The notes under the pieces were generated by a model that saw nothing but the letters and a program-made list of their open reading frames with translations, was not told the origin of the DNA and searched no databases. From contig OY970061.1 of NCBI GenBank assembly GCA_963705255.1, positions 1,056,001 to 1,120,000 of the forward strand: a DNA stretch of 64,000 nucleotides, in the 5' to 3' direction. Made by a program: the position numbers and the translations under genes. This document shows positions 10,691 to 21,947 of this stretch, piece after piece. Position 1 is the first letter of the stretch; the number at the start of each line of letters is the position of its first letter. The DNA is from an uncultured Methanoregulaceae archaeon. GTDB taxonomy: Archaea > Halobacteriota > Methanomicrobia > Methanomicrobiales > Methanospirillaceae.

Positions 10691-12872
10691 TGGCACGCCG
10701 GGAGACCAAGCAGCTGACCTTCGACGGACTTGCCGTCCCGGCCCTCCCGTTCGTCAGGACGACCGACGGACACATTATCGAATGGAACCGCGATCGCATC
10801 GTCCGCCAGATCGTTGAAGAGACCAGGCTCGTCGAGACTTTCTACGGCTACGAGGGGGCGACGGAAGAAGTTGCGCAGGAAATTGCGCTGGATGTGGAGA
10901 CCCGTATAAAGAACATGGGCCTGAAGTCGCTTTCCGGCCCGCTTATCCGGGAGATTGTGAACATCACCCTTCTCGAGAAAGGGATGATCCAGTACCGGAA
11001 CGTCTCGACCCGGGTCGGTACTCCGGTCTATGACGCGCACCAGATCGATGTGGGCAGGGGGTTCGAAGCCCACGATAACGCCAACCTGCAGGAGAATGCC
11101 GAGACGTCCCACAAGAAAAAGGCGGACAAGATCTCAAAAGAACAGTACCTTCTCCAGCTCCCTCCGGACCTTGCCGACCACCACCTCTCCGGCGAGATGC
11201 ACATCCACGATCTGGAATATTTCGGCACCCGCCCATTCTGCCAGGACTGGGATCTGCGGTATTTCTTCTATTACGGGCTGATGCCAGACGGGAACGGGAC
11301 CAAGGCATCGGTTGCAGGCCCGGCCAAACGTGCGGAAGTCGCCATCCTCCACGCGGTCAAGGCCCTCGGCTCCGCCCAGACCAATTTTGCCGGCGGGCAG
11401 GGGTATTACAACTTCCTGACGTTCCTTGCACCCTACGTCGAAGGAATGGCCTACGACGAGATCAAGCAGATGGTGCAGATGTTCGTCTACGAGATGACAC
11501 AGATGATGGTGGCCCGGGGCGGCCAGCTCGTCTTCTCCTCGATCCAGCTCTCTCCCGGTGTCCCATCGCTCTGGCAGGACAAACCCTGCGTGTACAAGGG
11601 AAAGGTCTGGGACGGGAAATCTGCACCGAAACGGACCTATGGGGAGTTCGAGCGGGAGGTGAGACTCCTTTTCAAGGCGATCATGGAAGTGATGCTGGAA
11701 GGGGACTACTGGGGCAAGCCGTTCAACTTCCCCAAGCCCGAGATCTCCATCGAGCCGGATTTCATGACAGAACGAGAAGAGTTCAACAGGAATAACCCTG
11801 ACCTCCCGACCTACCAGGAACTCTACCTGATGACCTTTGAACTTGCGTCCAAGTTTGGCACTCCCTATTATGACAACCAGCTCCCTGCGTACCGGGGGGC
11901 GGGTAAAGGCATCTCCTGCTACCAGTGCTGTGCCTACCAGTTTTCGGCCGTTGCGGACGAGGATTCCGATTTCGACAGGAAACTGGTCTTTGAGGACGGG
12001 CGGCACTTTTCCATGGGGTCGTGGCAGGTGGTCTCGGTAAACTGCCCGCGGGCAGCGTATAATGCCGATGGCGATGATGCACGTCTCTTTGCCGAACTGA
12101 AAAAACTGATGGATGTGGCTGTCGAGATCTTCAAGATCAAGCGCCGCTGGATGGAGCTGATCCGGGCCAACAGCCGGATGCCATTTGCCATGCAGCGCCC
12201 CAAGGATCCGAACACTGCCGAACGCGGGGCGATTGCAGTCGACCTTGAGGGGCTAGTCTACACTATCGGTGTCGTCGGCGTTAACGAGATGGTACAGCAC
12301 CATACCGGCAAACAGCTCCACGAATCCAAAGAGGCGTTCAGACTTGCAATCCGGGCGATGACCGAGATGGAGCTCTATGGCCGTGAACTGTCGAGGAAGA
12401 ACAACATGACCATTGCCCTTGCGCGGACTCCGGCCGAGACTACCGGGCAGCGGTTTGCCGTCGCAGACCTTCTCGACCGCCGCTACCATGAGTTTGCAAA
12501 AAAGGTGATCAAAGGTGACCTCCAGGAGGGACTTGAGAGGCTCGGCACGAGCCGGGACCTCCCGATCTATTATACGAACGGTACCCATGTCGCACCCGGT
12601 GCGGATGTCCCGCTCACCAAGCGGATGGAGATTGAGCACGTCTTCTTCCCGATCGTGGACGGCGGCAATATCTTCCATATCTGGCTCGGCGAGGCCCGTC
12701 CCGATCCCCGAGGCCTTATGGACATGGCAATGAAGTCTGCCGGACTACCCAGATCGGGTACTTTGCCTTCACCCGGGACATCACCATCTCGCTCCGGCAG
12801 TTCCACGAGATGAAACCCGGGAAAAAGTCCATCAGCCAGTGGACCCCGTCGGATCTTCCGGCAAGAGCATAA
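10687..12872 (+). CDS. nrdD: Anaerobic (class III) ribonucleoside-triphosphate reductase with ATP-cone; frameshift near 12736; C-terminal glycyl-radical domain absent
   Basis: ATP-cone, MHIHDLEY, GGQG, CYQCCAY, TPAETT, YYTNGTH and DGGNIFHIWLGE; shifted frame continues CRTTQIGYFAFTRDITIS to TAA at 12870-12872. Confidence 0.9.
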
Positions 12873-13070
12873 TTTTTCCCGTCCCGGGTCTCCTGCCGGG
12901 TCTGGGCATTGATCTCTGTAACCTCTGCCCGGAACCCTACATAATTAACCCGGAAAAAGTGGTGGTGAAATGGACCGGGTATCAGGAGACTCGCGTATCC
13001 CCTTGTATGATACCGGAAGGGAGCGCCGACAGTAACGTTCTGGATTTTTATCCGTTTTTATAAAAAAAGA

Positions 13071-13490
13071 TCAGGTCTTTTTCGCTTTTTTTAAGGTAAT
13101 ATCCATTACACCGCGATGAAGACGGTAATAGCTGTGGATCCGGTCAATGGGATGGTCAAGCATTATTGTTGTGGTGCGATCATCGACACAGATACGCACG
13201 CAGGTGATATCGATATCGGCAACCGGGATGTTCCGGGGATCCGCAGGCATCGTGGCGGTAATGAAAACCTGATCTCCAGACTCCATCACTTCGTACGGGA
13301 TTTCCCCGTCATCTTCCGGCGCGCTGGCCCGGTAAATTTCAGGATCTCCTCCAGACGGGTGCCGGGTAATGATCGTGTATCCTACGATACGCGCATGCTG
13401 ACTTTCCGGCATGTTTCTGACAATGTCCTCGACAATTTTTGCAAGGTTGTTGAACACATCATCATAGGGACCGTTCGGGTTATTCTGCAT
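13071..13490 (-). CDS. Hsp20/alpha-crystallin-like small heat shock protein
   Basis: C-terminal YRLHRGVMDITLKK and 'VFITATMP' strand; GAGGTG RBS; downstream of HSR-like regulator. Confidence 0.7.
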   Translation of the reverse strand: MQNNPNGPYDDVFNNLAKIVEDIVRNMPESQHARIVGYTIITRHPSGGDPEIYRASAPEDDGEIPYEVMESGDQVFITATMPADPRNIPVADIDITCVRICVDDRTTTIMLDHPIDRIHSYYRLHRGVMDITLKKAKKT

Positions 13491-14106
13491 GAACACCTCG
13501 GAGTATATATTGTTCCTTCTCCCTTTTCACAATCCCCCGATGCTCGAATCGTTTGAGTATATCCGTAAGGGGGTCACCGGGAATGCCGGTGACCTCCTTC
13601 AGCTCCGCAAGGGTCAGGGAGTCGTGCGAGAGCGCTATGATTACAGTAATCTCTCGTTCGCTCCTGAATAAATCCTTATGGTTGAAGGCAATGTCACTGA
13701 TCTTTGTCTCGATATCATGGTTGATCTGTTCGAGGTTTGCAATGATCTGGTCGTGTGCCTTGATCATGCGCCCGAGCATGGCGACAGAGTTTTTCAGTCT
13801 CTCGTTCTTTTCGTCGTCCTCGCTTGAGACTGCGGAAACAATACGCACTTCTTTGAGGCTGACATTGATGAGGATGTCGTTTGCCAGGTAGTAGTATTTC
13901 CGGCGGCGTTCATCCATCTGGAAGGAGAGTATGGCTTCGCGCTCCATCATCTGGAGATGGTCGATCACCGCTTTTGGCGAGAGCATGAGGGTATCGGATA
14001 TCTCCGTAACAAAACAGGGCTTCTGCCGAAGCAGTTCAATGATCCGCCTCCGGTTGCGGTTCCCGAGTATGTCGAGAAGGCGGGCAACCTCGCCAGTATC
14101 GTTCAT
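13480..14106 (-). CDS. ArsR-family heat-shock transcriptional regulator (HSR1/Phr-like)
   Basis: LDILGNRNRRRIIELLRQKPCFVTEIS...KAVIDHL...RRKYYYL; coiled coil and second wHTH. Confidence 0.85.
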   Translation of the reverse strand: MNDTGEVARLLDILGNRNRRRIIELLRQKPCFVTEISDTLMLSPKAVIDHLQMMEREAILSFQMDERRRKYYYLANDILINVSLKEVRIVSAVSSEDDEKNERLKNSVAMLGRMIKAHDQIIANLEQINHDIETKISDIAFNHKDLFRSEREITVIIALSHDSLTLAELKEVTGIPGDPLTDILKRFEHRGIVKREKEQYILRGVHAE

Positions 14107-14107
14107 C

Positions 14108-14122
14108 TTTACGTAATGTTAG
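14108..14122 (-). promoter_or_regulatory. Putative HSR1-type operator CTAAC-ATTAC-GTAAA
   Basis: 8/10 match to CTAAC-N5-GTTAG between a TAAATA box (14131-14136) and the ATG. Confidence 0.55.
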
Positions 14123-14233
14123 TATGAAAATATTTAGGGTTTGTTCTCATGGGTTCTGATAAGTTGACGGGACTTTTGAGAAATGCATCAGTGATGGTGC
14201 ATGACGAGACTTCTTAAAAAAATCTAATTTGAA

Positions 14234-15088
14234 CTATAATTCAGCATCGAGAAGAATTTTAATTGGAATCGGATATGAAACTGGTTGATTTGTTTCACAG
14301 GAGAACACTCGAAATTGTGTAGATATCTCGTTACAATGATTACCTACCTTTTCCCAATTGTATCTTTCAGGTAATCCAATTAAGGTTATTCTAGGCGGGA
14401 TTCTCATCCGACCCGGATGTATTAATTCGTAAACTCCGGGTTTTATTTGAAGCAATCCCCCTTGTAAGTTCGGGATTGTTTCAAACAGATTAATCGTTAG
14501 CAATTTTCCGAGTGAATCGCGCAGTTCACTATCACGACCAAGAGTACCAAGATTTTGAATTAGCTGCCTCACATGGCACAAATAATATATTATATAGTTA
14601 CGAGATTGCTCCGCCATTGTGCACGATTCGTTTGTGAATATGGGGATGTTATTTAGCGAGGCTGACGAGGCAAGTCCCATGATCGTAGGGTGTCCCGTAA
14701 TATCACTAATTAATTGAATAATTGAATTTGGAACGTCGTTTTCATCCCAAGTTCTCCAAACAAAATCACGCCAATATTCTGGAACTTCTGTATTATCTAA
14801 TCTCACCACAAGTAATTTGAAACTATTATCATGTTCCTTAATCCCTTTTGCAATTTCCATTTCAAATTGAACACATCTACTTCTGCGTGCATTGAGTGAA
14901 TAAAGTAAAATATATCCTTTACTTTGTCTTAATCCCGATTCCAATTCACCCTTTAAATGATCGCCACCCGATAATAGACTTTCATCATACCATACAAAAA
15001 GACCGTTAAAAATTGCATTGTGGTAAATAAACCTTGCAAGTTCCTTGTTTGCTCCATTGTGACTTAGAAAAAAATCAAACTCGGCCAT
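14234..15088 (-). CDS. TIR domain-containing protein (AT-rich, probably horizontally acquired)
   Basis: FDFFLSH, VWYDE..L.GGD and S..V.FE TIR_2 motifs with the catalytic Glu position occupied. Confidence 0.85.
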   Translation of the reverse strand: MAEFDFFLSHNGANKELARFIYHNAIFNGLFVWYDESLLSGGDHLKGELESGLRQSKGYILLYSLNARRSRCVQFEMEIAKGIKEHDNSFKLLVVRLDNTEVPEYWRDFVWRTWDENDVPNSIIQLISDITGHPTIMGLASSASLNNIPIFTNESCTMAEQSRNYIIYYLCHVRQLIQNLGTLGRDSELRDSLGKLLTINLFETIPNLQGGLLQIKPGVYELIHPGRMRIPPRITLIGLPERYNWEKVGNHCNEISTQFRVFSCETNQPVSYPIPIKILLDAEL

Positions 15089-15467
15089 TAGTTACGAATA
15101 CCATGTCTTCAAAAATATTTATTTCCCCTCTACTGCCAACCCGATCATCATCATCCACCGGTTACCGGAAAGATCAATTTAGTTACCCGCCATCTGTGCC
15201 GGTGTCATTCGGTGTCAAATTGAATCCCCAACATCCACTTTTTCATAGGTGACTCGGACTTACGATCCCCCGGAAAAATAACTGCCCTTAAAAAGCCCCG
15301 TTTGGCAATCTGAACCCATTTTGAAAAATCGGTTTTTTGAGGGTCGCATTTTTTCGCGAATTACAGCACAGTGATTTTGAATGAAGTCCATATTGTCCGT
15401 ATTTTGCTCATTTGAGGATCATTTCAGCCTCCGAAAAATGTCTCTTTATTGCCTTTTGGATGAGCGA

Positions 15468-15488
15468 TTGCTACCCGAAGGGTAGCAA
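15468..15488. repeat. Perfect hairpin TTGCTACCC-GAA-GGGTAGCAA inside a possible MITE-like intergenic element
   Basis: 9-bp stem with C-GAA-G loop seen directly. Confidence 0.6.
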
Positions 15489-15811
15489 GAGCTTGAGAAG
15501 AATGCCAGAGGCGTTCTTCGAACGATGATTGGGGTGGTTTTTCGGGTTTCTGGTTATCCTGAGAAATGGCGGGGTGAGGTATCCAGGGTCCCGGGTCAGA
15601 AAATGTACGCCGACCGCCACATACGATAACCGGGTAAAAGAGGATTCTCAATAAAAAGGTTCTGACGCAATGATGCGTGAATAATTGTTTTCCATTCACG
15701 CGATTGATCGACCGTGAAGTATCATAACCTTCTCATCCGGATTCGACAGGATTCCCCAAAGCATATTCCTCTATGGAGGCACATTTCCATCATCGATGAA
15801 AACCGGGAGGA

Positions 15812-17963
15812 TTATCTGATAAACCGGAACCTTCCCGGAGGCACGAGAATCTCAAACCGTTCACCTTTCCCCGGTTCTCCGGTTTCGGTTATTGTGATCC
15901 CGGTGAAACTGAGAAGCTCCCGGATCAGGAAGAGGTCATGCGAAATACCCGTAGTATATCCCGGATCGAAAATCTTCTCTTTTTCTTCCGCGGGGGACCC
16001 GCTGCTCTCATCCTGGTACACCAAGCGGAGGGAATCGTCGTCCATTTCTGCAGAGAGGCGGATCTTCGCAAGGCGTGCGCCTCCCCGCTTCAGGGACTGT
16101 TCCAGGAGGTTGTAAAAGACACGGGGGAGGAGAGGGTCTGCAAAAATCTCGATATTTTCCATATCTGCAGAGATATCCAGGGTATTTTCAGGAAGCAGTT
16201 CTGCCATCTCGTAAAACGTCCGGGAGACTGATTGCCATTTCGGAGAGATGAGGCCGACTTCCTGGAGTGCCCGCATGAACGCGATCTGGTTCCGGATGGT
16301 CTCAATCGAACCTATGGTCTTGTCGAAGAGTTGCTGCACCTCATCATGCGTGTTCTTCAGTTGTGCACGCTCCAGCTGGTTCACGATAACGGAGAGGTTC
16401 TCCAGGATATCGTGGCGGGTGATGCTGAACAGGAGGTCCATCTTGAGGTTGATATTTCCCGGGCTGATGTCTTCCGATATCCCCAGTATGTACCTGGGGT
16501 GCCCCTCCTGAATCAAAGACCGGAACAATGATGGTCCGGATAATCCGCCCGCGCATGTATTTACGGGATACAATCTGTTTCTGTCCATCTTTCCCGCTTA
16601 CCAAGACCCGTCGGTCTTCGTCCTCAATAGCGGAAACAACCTCTGCCGGAAACAGGTCGCGGTCGGTTTTTCCAATTGCCTGCGTTGCTGCAACATGGAA
16701 CAGCTCCTCACTGGTCTTGTTCCAGTAAATATATCTCCCGGTGTCAGCCCGTTTGATGAACACCGCAATCGGAAGATTGTCAATCATCTCATTCTGGAAC
16801 TTCTCGCCATCCTTGAAGTTCCTGATCGCACCCTTGAGCGAGTCCACCATCATATTGATGCTCTGCTCGAGGACAATGAACTCACGGATCTGCGGGGTCC
16901 CGATCCGGTGTTCAAGGTCCCCGCAGGCAATTTTGTTTGCATCCTCGGCAATTCCGGCAATCGGTCGTGTCAGGCGCCGGGACACGAGGAACGCAAGGGC
17001 ACAACCGACGGCGATTGCAGCAACCGCAAAAAGAACGTGGAAGACCAGCAGGCGTTCAAGGGCGTCCTGTATCAGTCCTGTATTATAGGAGATCTCGACG
17101 ATCCTGCTTGGATCGGATCCGTACTTCGCGTTCTCAAGGTCAATGAACAGATAGTGGGTTGTCCGTGAATGTTCCGGGTCCGGAACGACCAGGTCCTGGC
17201 GGGACTGGATAACCTGCTGGAGGTATCCTTCAACCTGGCCATCTGGCAGGCTGTTGTCGTCAACGCTACGTCCCATGGTATTGAAAACCTGGTATTGTTC
17301 GGCATAAGGATCTGATAATATGATGCCGGCGATATTTTTGCGGTCGTCCAGTTCCGCATTCATCTGGTCGAACGACGGGCTGGCGAGTCCAAGTTCGAGC
17401 ACGTAGCGATGGTCCGCCGTCGGCATATAAGCATATTTCCTGAACTGGCCGGACCCGAGGAATTCGTGTACTACGCGGTCCGGGAAGAAACCCTCGGACA
17501 ACCGGATTGTTGTCAGATATTTATAAAAATACGGGACCTGCCTAAAATCCTGGCCAAGTTCCGGTGCATAGGTCGTCTCGACAATGACCCCGGATTCATT
17601 GATCACGTAAATATCGAAACCCTCGCCAAGCTTGGTCTTGATCGAATCGAGGTCCATCCGGGCAGGATCACGGCCGACGCGCTCGTATTCATTATTCACT
17701 TCGTTGAGCCCGGCAAGCATCCGGTCATTCATGCTGTTGTCGAGAATATTCGCCGCGGTATCTGTAAGGCGCATCGCCTCTTCAACATTTCTCTCCGTCT
17801 GGACCTGCATATACGCGGATTCCTGATCGAACGTGTTTTTCGCATAAAAGTAGTAATTCGCCGTAAGAAAGCCGACAATAAAGACTACCAGAACGACCAT
17901 GAAGACCAGCAGGTACATTGAGAAAGACTGGCCTTTTTTTTCAGGAACTTCCTTCGGGCTCAT
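15812..17963 (-). CDS. Membrane sensor histidine kinase (TM-sensor-HAMP-PAS-HisKA-HATPase), frameshift near 16497
   Basis: Two TM helices, HAMP (TRPI..IA), PAS, ITRHDIL H-box, ADPLLPRVFYNL N-box; split over ORFs 16344-18065 and 15812-16588. Confidence 0.85.
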
Positions 17964-18096
17964 GATATTCTTCCGCGGAGGTCCGCCCCCCATGGCAGAG
18001 CCACTCGTCCACAACCGGCACAGCCATGTCCGGTCCTGGGAAAATACCGAATACGAGTCATGCATTCAGGCAGGCCATGACGGGAAATTACGACGA

Positions 18097-19383
18097 TCAT
18101 TCAGCTCCTGCATCAGCGAGAAGCTGGAATATGATGTCGTAATTTTCATTCTTCTCGGTCCGGTAGCGGTGGACCGCCCAGACGAGACTTGAATCTCCGG
18201 AGGACTTGTACGGGGTGACTTTTTTTGCATGGACATTTGCCCCTTTGCGCAGGAGGAGATCGACCATCTCGACCTGCCCGTTCCATACCGCGGCCATAAG
18301 AGGAGTCTCACCGTCGTCGAGTTTCACATCGATATCGGCACCCTGCTCAAGCAGGAACTCGACACTCGTCGTATGGCCATTGATGGCTGCTGCGTATAGC
18401 GGGGTTATCCCCCGGGGGGATTTTTCCTGGACACCGGCACCGTGCTCGGCAAGGTTCCTGACAATATTGAGGTTGCCGATCCGTGCCGCGTGGGTGAGGA
18501 CCGATATCCCTTTGTTGTCCCTGATCCCGAGGTCAGCCCGGTTCTCGATCAGGAGATTCACGCACAGCTCTTTCTGGGGTTCGAACTGCGGTTTCAGCCT
18601 CGCTATCATAGGAGACGTCATGAAATCGGCCAGGGTCACCGAGGAACCGACGAGCCGCAGGTGGATGAGGTTCTCTACCAGTTCCCCGACAGTAGAGATA
18701 ACCGCATACATCAGCGCCGTTTTTCCTTCGGTATCCCGGAGGTCAATCGCAGTATTCTGTTCGAGGAGGACTTGGATGATCTGGTAATTCGCCATGCTCG
18801 CGGCAGCCATCAGCGGCGTCGTACCGAACATGTTGAACTCGTTGGGGTTGGCACCGGAAGAGAGGAGCATGTTGATGATCCGGACTGGATTGTAATCCGG
18901 GTGGTAGCGGGAATATCTGTACATGATCTCGATGAGCTTTTTGTAAAACTCGTGGTCAAGGTTGTCAAAAAAGATCGACGGGTTGGTGGAAGCCACGAGG
19001 AGGGGTGTCCAGCCTTCCTCGGTCTTCTGGGAAACACTTGCCTTATAGGACAGGAGCGCACGGACAGCTTCAAAATTGTTCTGCAGGCAGGCAAAGATGA
19101 GCGGGCTGTACCCGTTCGCAGTAGTGAGATTGGCATCAGCCCCTGATTCCAGAAGGACCCGGGCGATCCGGGGATCGGCACACATCATGGATTTGATCAG
19201 GGGGGTCTCACCATGGGGTCCGCGGTAATTGAGGTTTGCCCCCTGTGCAAAGACGGATCTCACCGAATTCAGATCGTTCTTTTCCACAGCTTCCATCAGC
19301 TGCATGTCCGGTGTGCGGGAAAACATCGGTCGCATCCCCGATATCTCATATTTTTCGAGGACCTTTGATAGAATTTCAGGCAT
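18097..19383 (-). CDS. Ankyrin repeat protein
   Basis: Repeated G.TPL..A...G....V..LL..GA motifs. Confidence 0.93.
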   Translation of the reverse strand: MPEILSKVLEKYEISGMRPMFSRTPDMQLMEAVEKNDLNSVRSVFAQGANLNYRGPHGETPLIKSMMCADPRIARVLLESGADANLTTANGYSPLIFACLQNNFEAVRALLSYKASVSQKTEEGWTPLLVASTNPSIFFDNLDHEFYKKLIEIMYRYSRYHPDYNPVRIINMLLSSGANPNEFNMFGTTPLMAAASMANYQIIQVLLEQNTAIDLRDTEGKTALMYAVISTVGELVENLIHLRLVGSSVTLADFMTSPMIARLKPQFEPQKELCVNLLIENRADLGIRDNKGISVLTHAARIGNLNIVRNLAEHGAGVQEKSPRGITPLYAAAINGHTTSVEFLLEQGADIDVKLDDGETPLMAAVWNGQVEMVDLLLRKGANVHAKKVTPYKSSGDSSLVWAVHRYRTEKNENYDIIFQLLADAGAE

Positions 19384-19463
19384 TAAATACTAGATCTTTC
19401 GGTCTTTTATAACGTGAAAAATAATTTATATCTGATAAAAGGAGAGAAATATTCCTGATCGTA

Positions 19464-20065
19464 CTATTTCAGTGCTTCGGAAATTACCTCTTTTACCTTT
19501 TCGTCCTGTTCAATCTCCATGGCATCACTGAGGGCACCGGTCGCCCGGTCCCCCCGATTGCATCGAGCGCCCGCACCGCCATCATGCGGACGTACCGGTT
19601 TTCATCCTTCAGCAGGATGATCATCGGTTCAATTGCATCGGAATCCCCCAGTTCGCGGAGTCCTTTTGCGGCCATGTACCTGACATGTTCCCGGTTGTCC
19701 TTCAGCCCCTGGATCAGCGGTTTGACAGCTTTTTCATCCGCGATCCTTCCCAGCGCTTCCGCAGCCCGGTAGCGTGTCTCCCACCTGGGCTCTTTCATGG
19801 CGGCAGCGAGGGGTTCGATCGCTGCCTTCCCGATTGCAGACAGCGCAAGCGTCGCCTGTTCGCGCACGGATTTGTCAAAGTCGGCAAGCGCCTCGATAAG
19901 GGGCTGAATGGCCCGCGGGTTGCGCGCCTTCCCCAGAAGGTACGCTGCATACAGTCTTACCTCCGGGTCGGTGTTGTCCCGTAAGGTCCTGACCAGGCCA
20001 TCGATCTCCATCTTCTCGAGCTCATCCCCGCCTTCCGGTTTTTCAGGTGCATTTTTCTCTGTCAT
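19464..20065 (-). CDS. HEAT-repeat (PBS lyase-like) protein; probable homopolymer frameshift near 19550
   Basis: VR..AA..LG.....A..PLI..L.D repeats; alternate frame ends DEKVKEVISEALK*. Confidence 0.85.
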
Positions 20066-20319
20066 AGTATCATCATCAAGTATCACCCGTTTTCTTATAT
20101 AAGGGCGATCCAGCGGACGAAGTGCTTGGGCATGAACATTGGTAATCAAAAGGGTACTTCCTGAACAGCTGATTCATTCAGGCGGAGGAAGATAATCCGC
20201 TGATCCCGTCAGTGCACCGGCCTGCAGCCATGCTGATGGAAAACGGGAAATACCCGATTACTTCAAATTTATTCGCAGTCTACGCTTTGTTTTTATATTT
20301 CTCCGGCCATGGTCAGTAT

Positions 20320-21258
20320 ATGAATTACAAAGTGATCGCATTCCTCATAGTCTGCATCGCGGTGATTGCAGCTGCGGGGTGCCTGGGACTCCCGTCCGGA
20401 AATTTTGTCAAGTCGTCCTCTTCACAGGAAGTTGTGACCGTCTCCCCGGATTCTGCCGGGAGTGGTCTTTCAGAAGAGAGGATTGTCTGGTCCGGCAGCA
20501 CCGGTACCCCTGCTGTTCCGATGCCTTCATCGGTTCCGACCCCCTCCCGGTCCAATACCGGTTCTGGCAGTACTGACACGAAAATTATCAGGACCGCCTA
20601 CCTGTCAGTCGAAGTGAAGGACGTCCCGGCTGCCGTGGATTCACTCACGGCCATAGCGACAGCCGAGGGCGGCTATCTCTCTTCTTCGAATGTCCAGAAG
20701 GATTCCAGCAACCGCGTCTCCGGTACCGTTGTTCTCCGTGTTCCTGCGGCAGTATTCGATGCTGCTGTCTCCGGAGTGAAGGCGGTCGGCGTCGTCAATT
20801 CAATCTCGACTCAGGGAGAGGATGTGACTGAAGAGTATGTCGACCTGCAGGCACAGAAGACATCGTACCAGAACCAGCTCGCCCAGTACAATGAGATCAT
20901 GAAAAAGAGCGAAAAGGTCGAGGATATTATCAAAGTCCAGGAACAGATCGATCTGGTACAGACCGAACTGGACCGGCTGAACGGGAGGCTGAACTACCTC
21001 AACAACCGCATCGACATCTCTACTATCACGGTGAATCTTCAGGAACCCGAGCCAGTTGGCAGCCAGTCGGAACATGATTTTGTCTCCACCATCAATGAAG
21101 GGATCTCCGGCTTCCTCGGCATGGTCGACGCGATTATCGTTCTTTTCTTAACGCTGCTCCCACTTATCATTATCGGGGGCATCGGCTACGAATTCTACCA
21201 CTGGTACAAGGGACGACAGGGCAGCGCTCCCATACGACGTGATGATAAAAAGGAATAA
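20320..21258 (+). CDS. DUF4349-domain lipoprotein with C-terminal TM
   Basis: AAAGC lipobox; KIIRTAYLSVEV, LRVP and DVTEEYVDL motifs. Confidence 0.85.
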   Translation: MNYKVIAFLIVCIAVIAAAGCLGLPSGNFVKSSSSQEVVTVSPDSAGSGLSEERIVWSGSTGTPAVPMPSSVPTPSRSNTGSGSTDTKIIRTAYLSVEVKDVPAAVDSLTAIATAEGGYLSSSNVQKDSSNRVSGTVVLRVPAAVFDAAVSGVKAVGVVNSISTQGEDVTEEYVDLQAQKTSYQNQLAQYNEIMKKSEKVEDIIKVQEQIDLVQTELDRLNGRLNYLNNRIDISTITVNLQEPEPVGSQSEHDFVSTINEGISGFLGMVDAIIVLFLTLLPLIIIGGIGYEFYHWYKGRQGSAPIRRDDKKE

Positions 21259-21265
21259 AACAGTT

Positions 21266-21894
21266 TTATTTTTTCTGCTGTTCTTCAAGCAGGACGCGGA
21301 TCTTTTTCAACTCGTTGATGATCAAGAGGTTGGTCGCCGTCGAACCTACCGCTGCCTCATCGGCCTGCCGGGCTGGAGATTTTTGGCCAGTGCCATCGCC
21401 AAGGGCACTGCACTGCCGGACCGCCGTACGGATGAGCTCGCGGAGTTCATCGGCATGCTCTATGGCCTCGATCCTGATCTCGGGCAATCCCTGTCCCGAA
21501 TACCCGGCGGTCTGGATCGAGATGCTCGAAATCTTCAGCCATCGCATGACCGGCCCCTGCCTGAGATCGATATTTGTAATCCGGTTGTACGGCACAATAC
21601 CGGTCGTGCGGAACCATACACCCCGTTTCCAGCGCATTTCGTCATCGTGGAGTTCATACCACATGCTGTCATAGTACAGGCGGGTCCAGAAAGCAAAAAC
21701 AACGGTGATACCGAGAATTCCGGCAAGAGCTGCGGCAAGGAGCAGATGATCAGGACCAGTTGCAACCAGGGCGGGACGATCGCAACAGCGAGAATAAAGA
21801 CCATAAAGAGGACAAAGTCGAGGATGAACCAGGATACAAGGGCCGGGGACGGCCTGAACGGTACATTGCGAGGGAACGGGTCGGATGGGGACAT
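21266..21894 (-). CDS. Bacterial PH-domain (bPH_2/DUF304) membrane protein, frameshifted
   Basis: RGVWFR...VPYNRITNIDLRQGP..R...I.IQTAG; TM part in another frame. Confidence 0.75.
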
Positions 21895-21947
21895 AGTAGA
21901 TCAGATCTATATCAGAACAGGTTCAAAAAAGGGTATCGGGTAACCGG

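Noticed and set aside
12839-13063. ORF with CNLC and WTGY as the missing NrdD radical domain
   Set aside because: Lacks the Arg of RxTGY, the second CxxC and the following W-N..K..E motif, and has no clear start signal; kept only as a caveat
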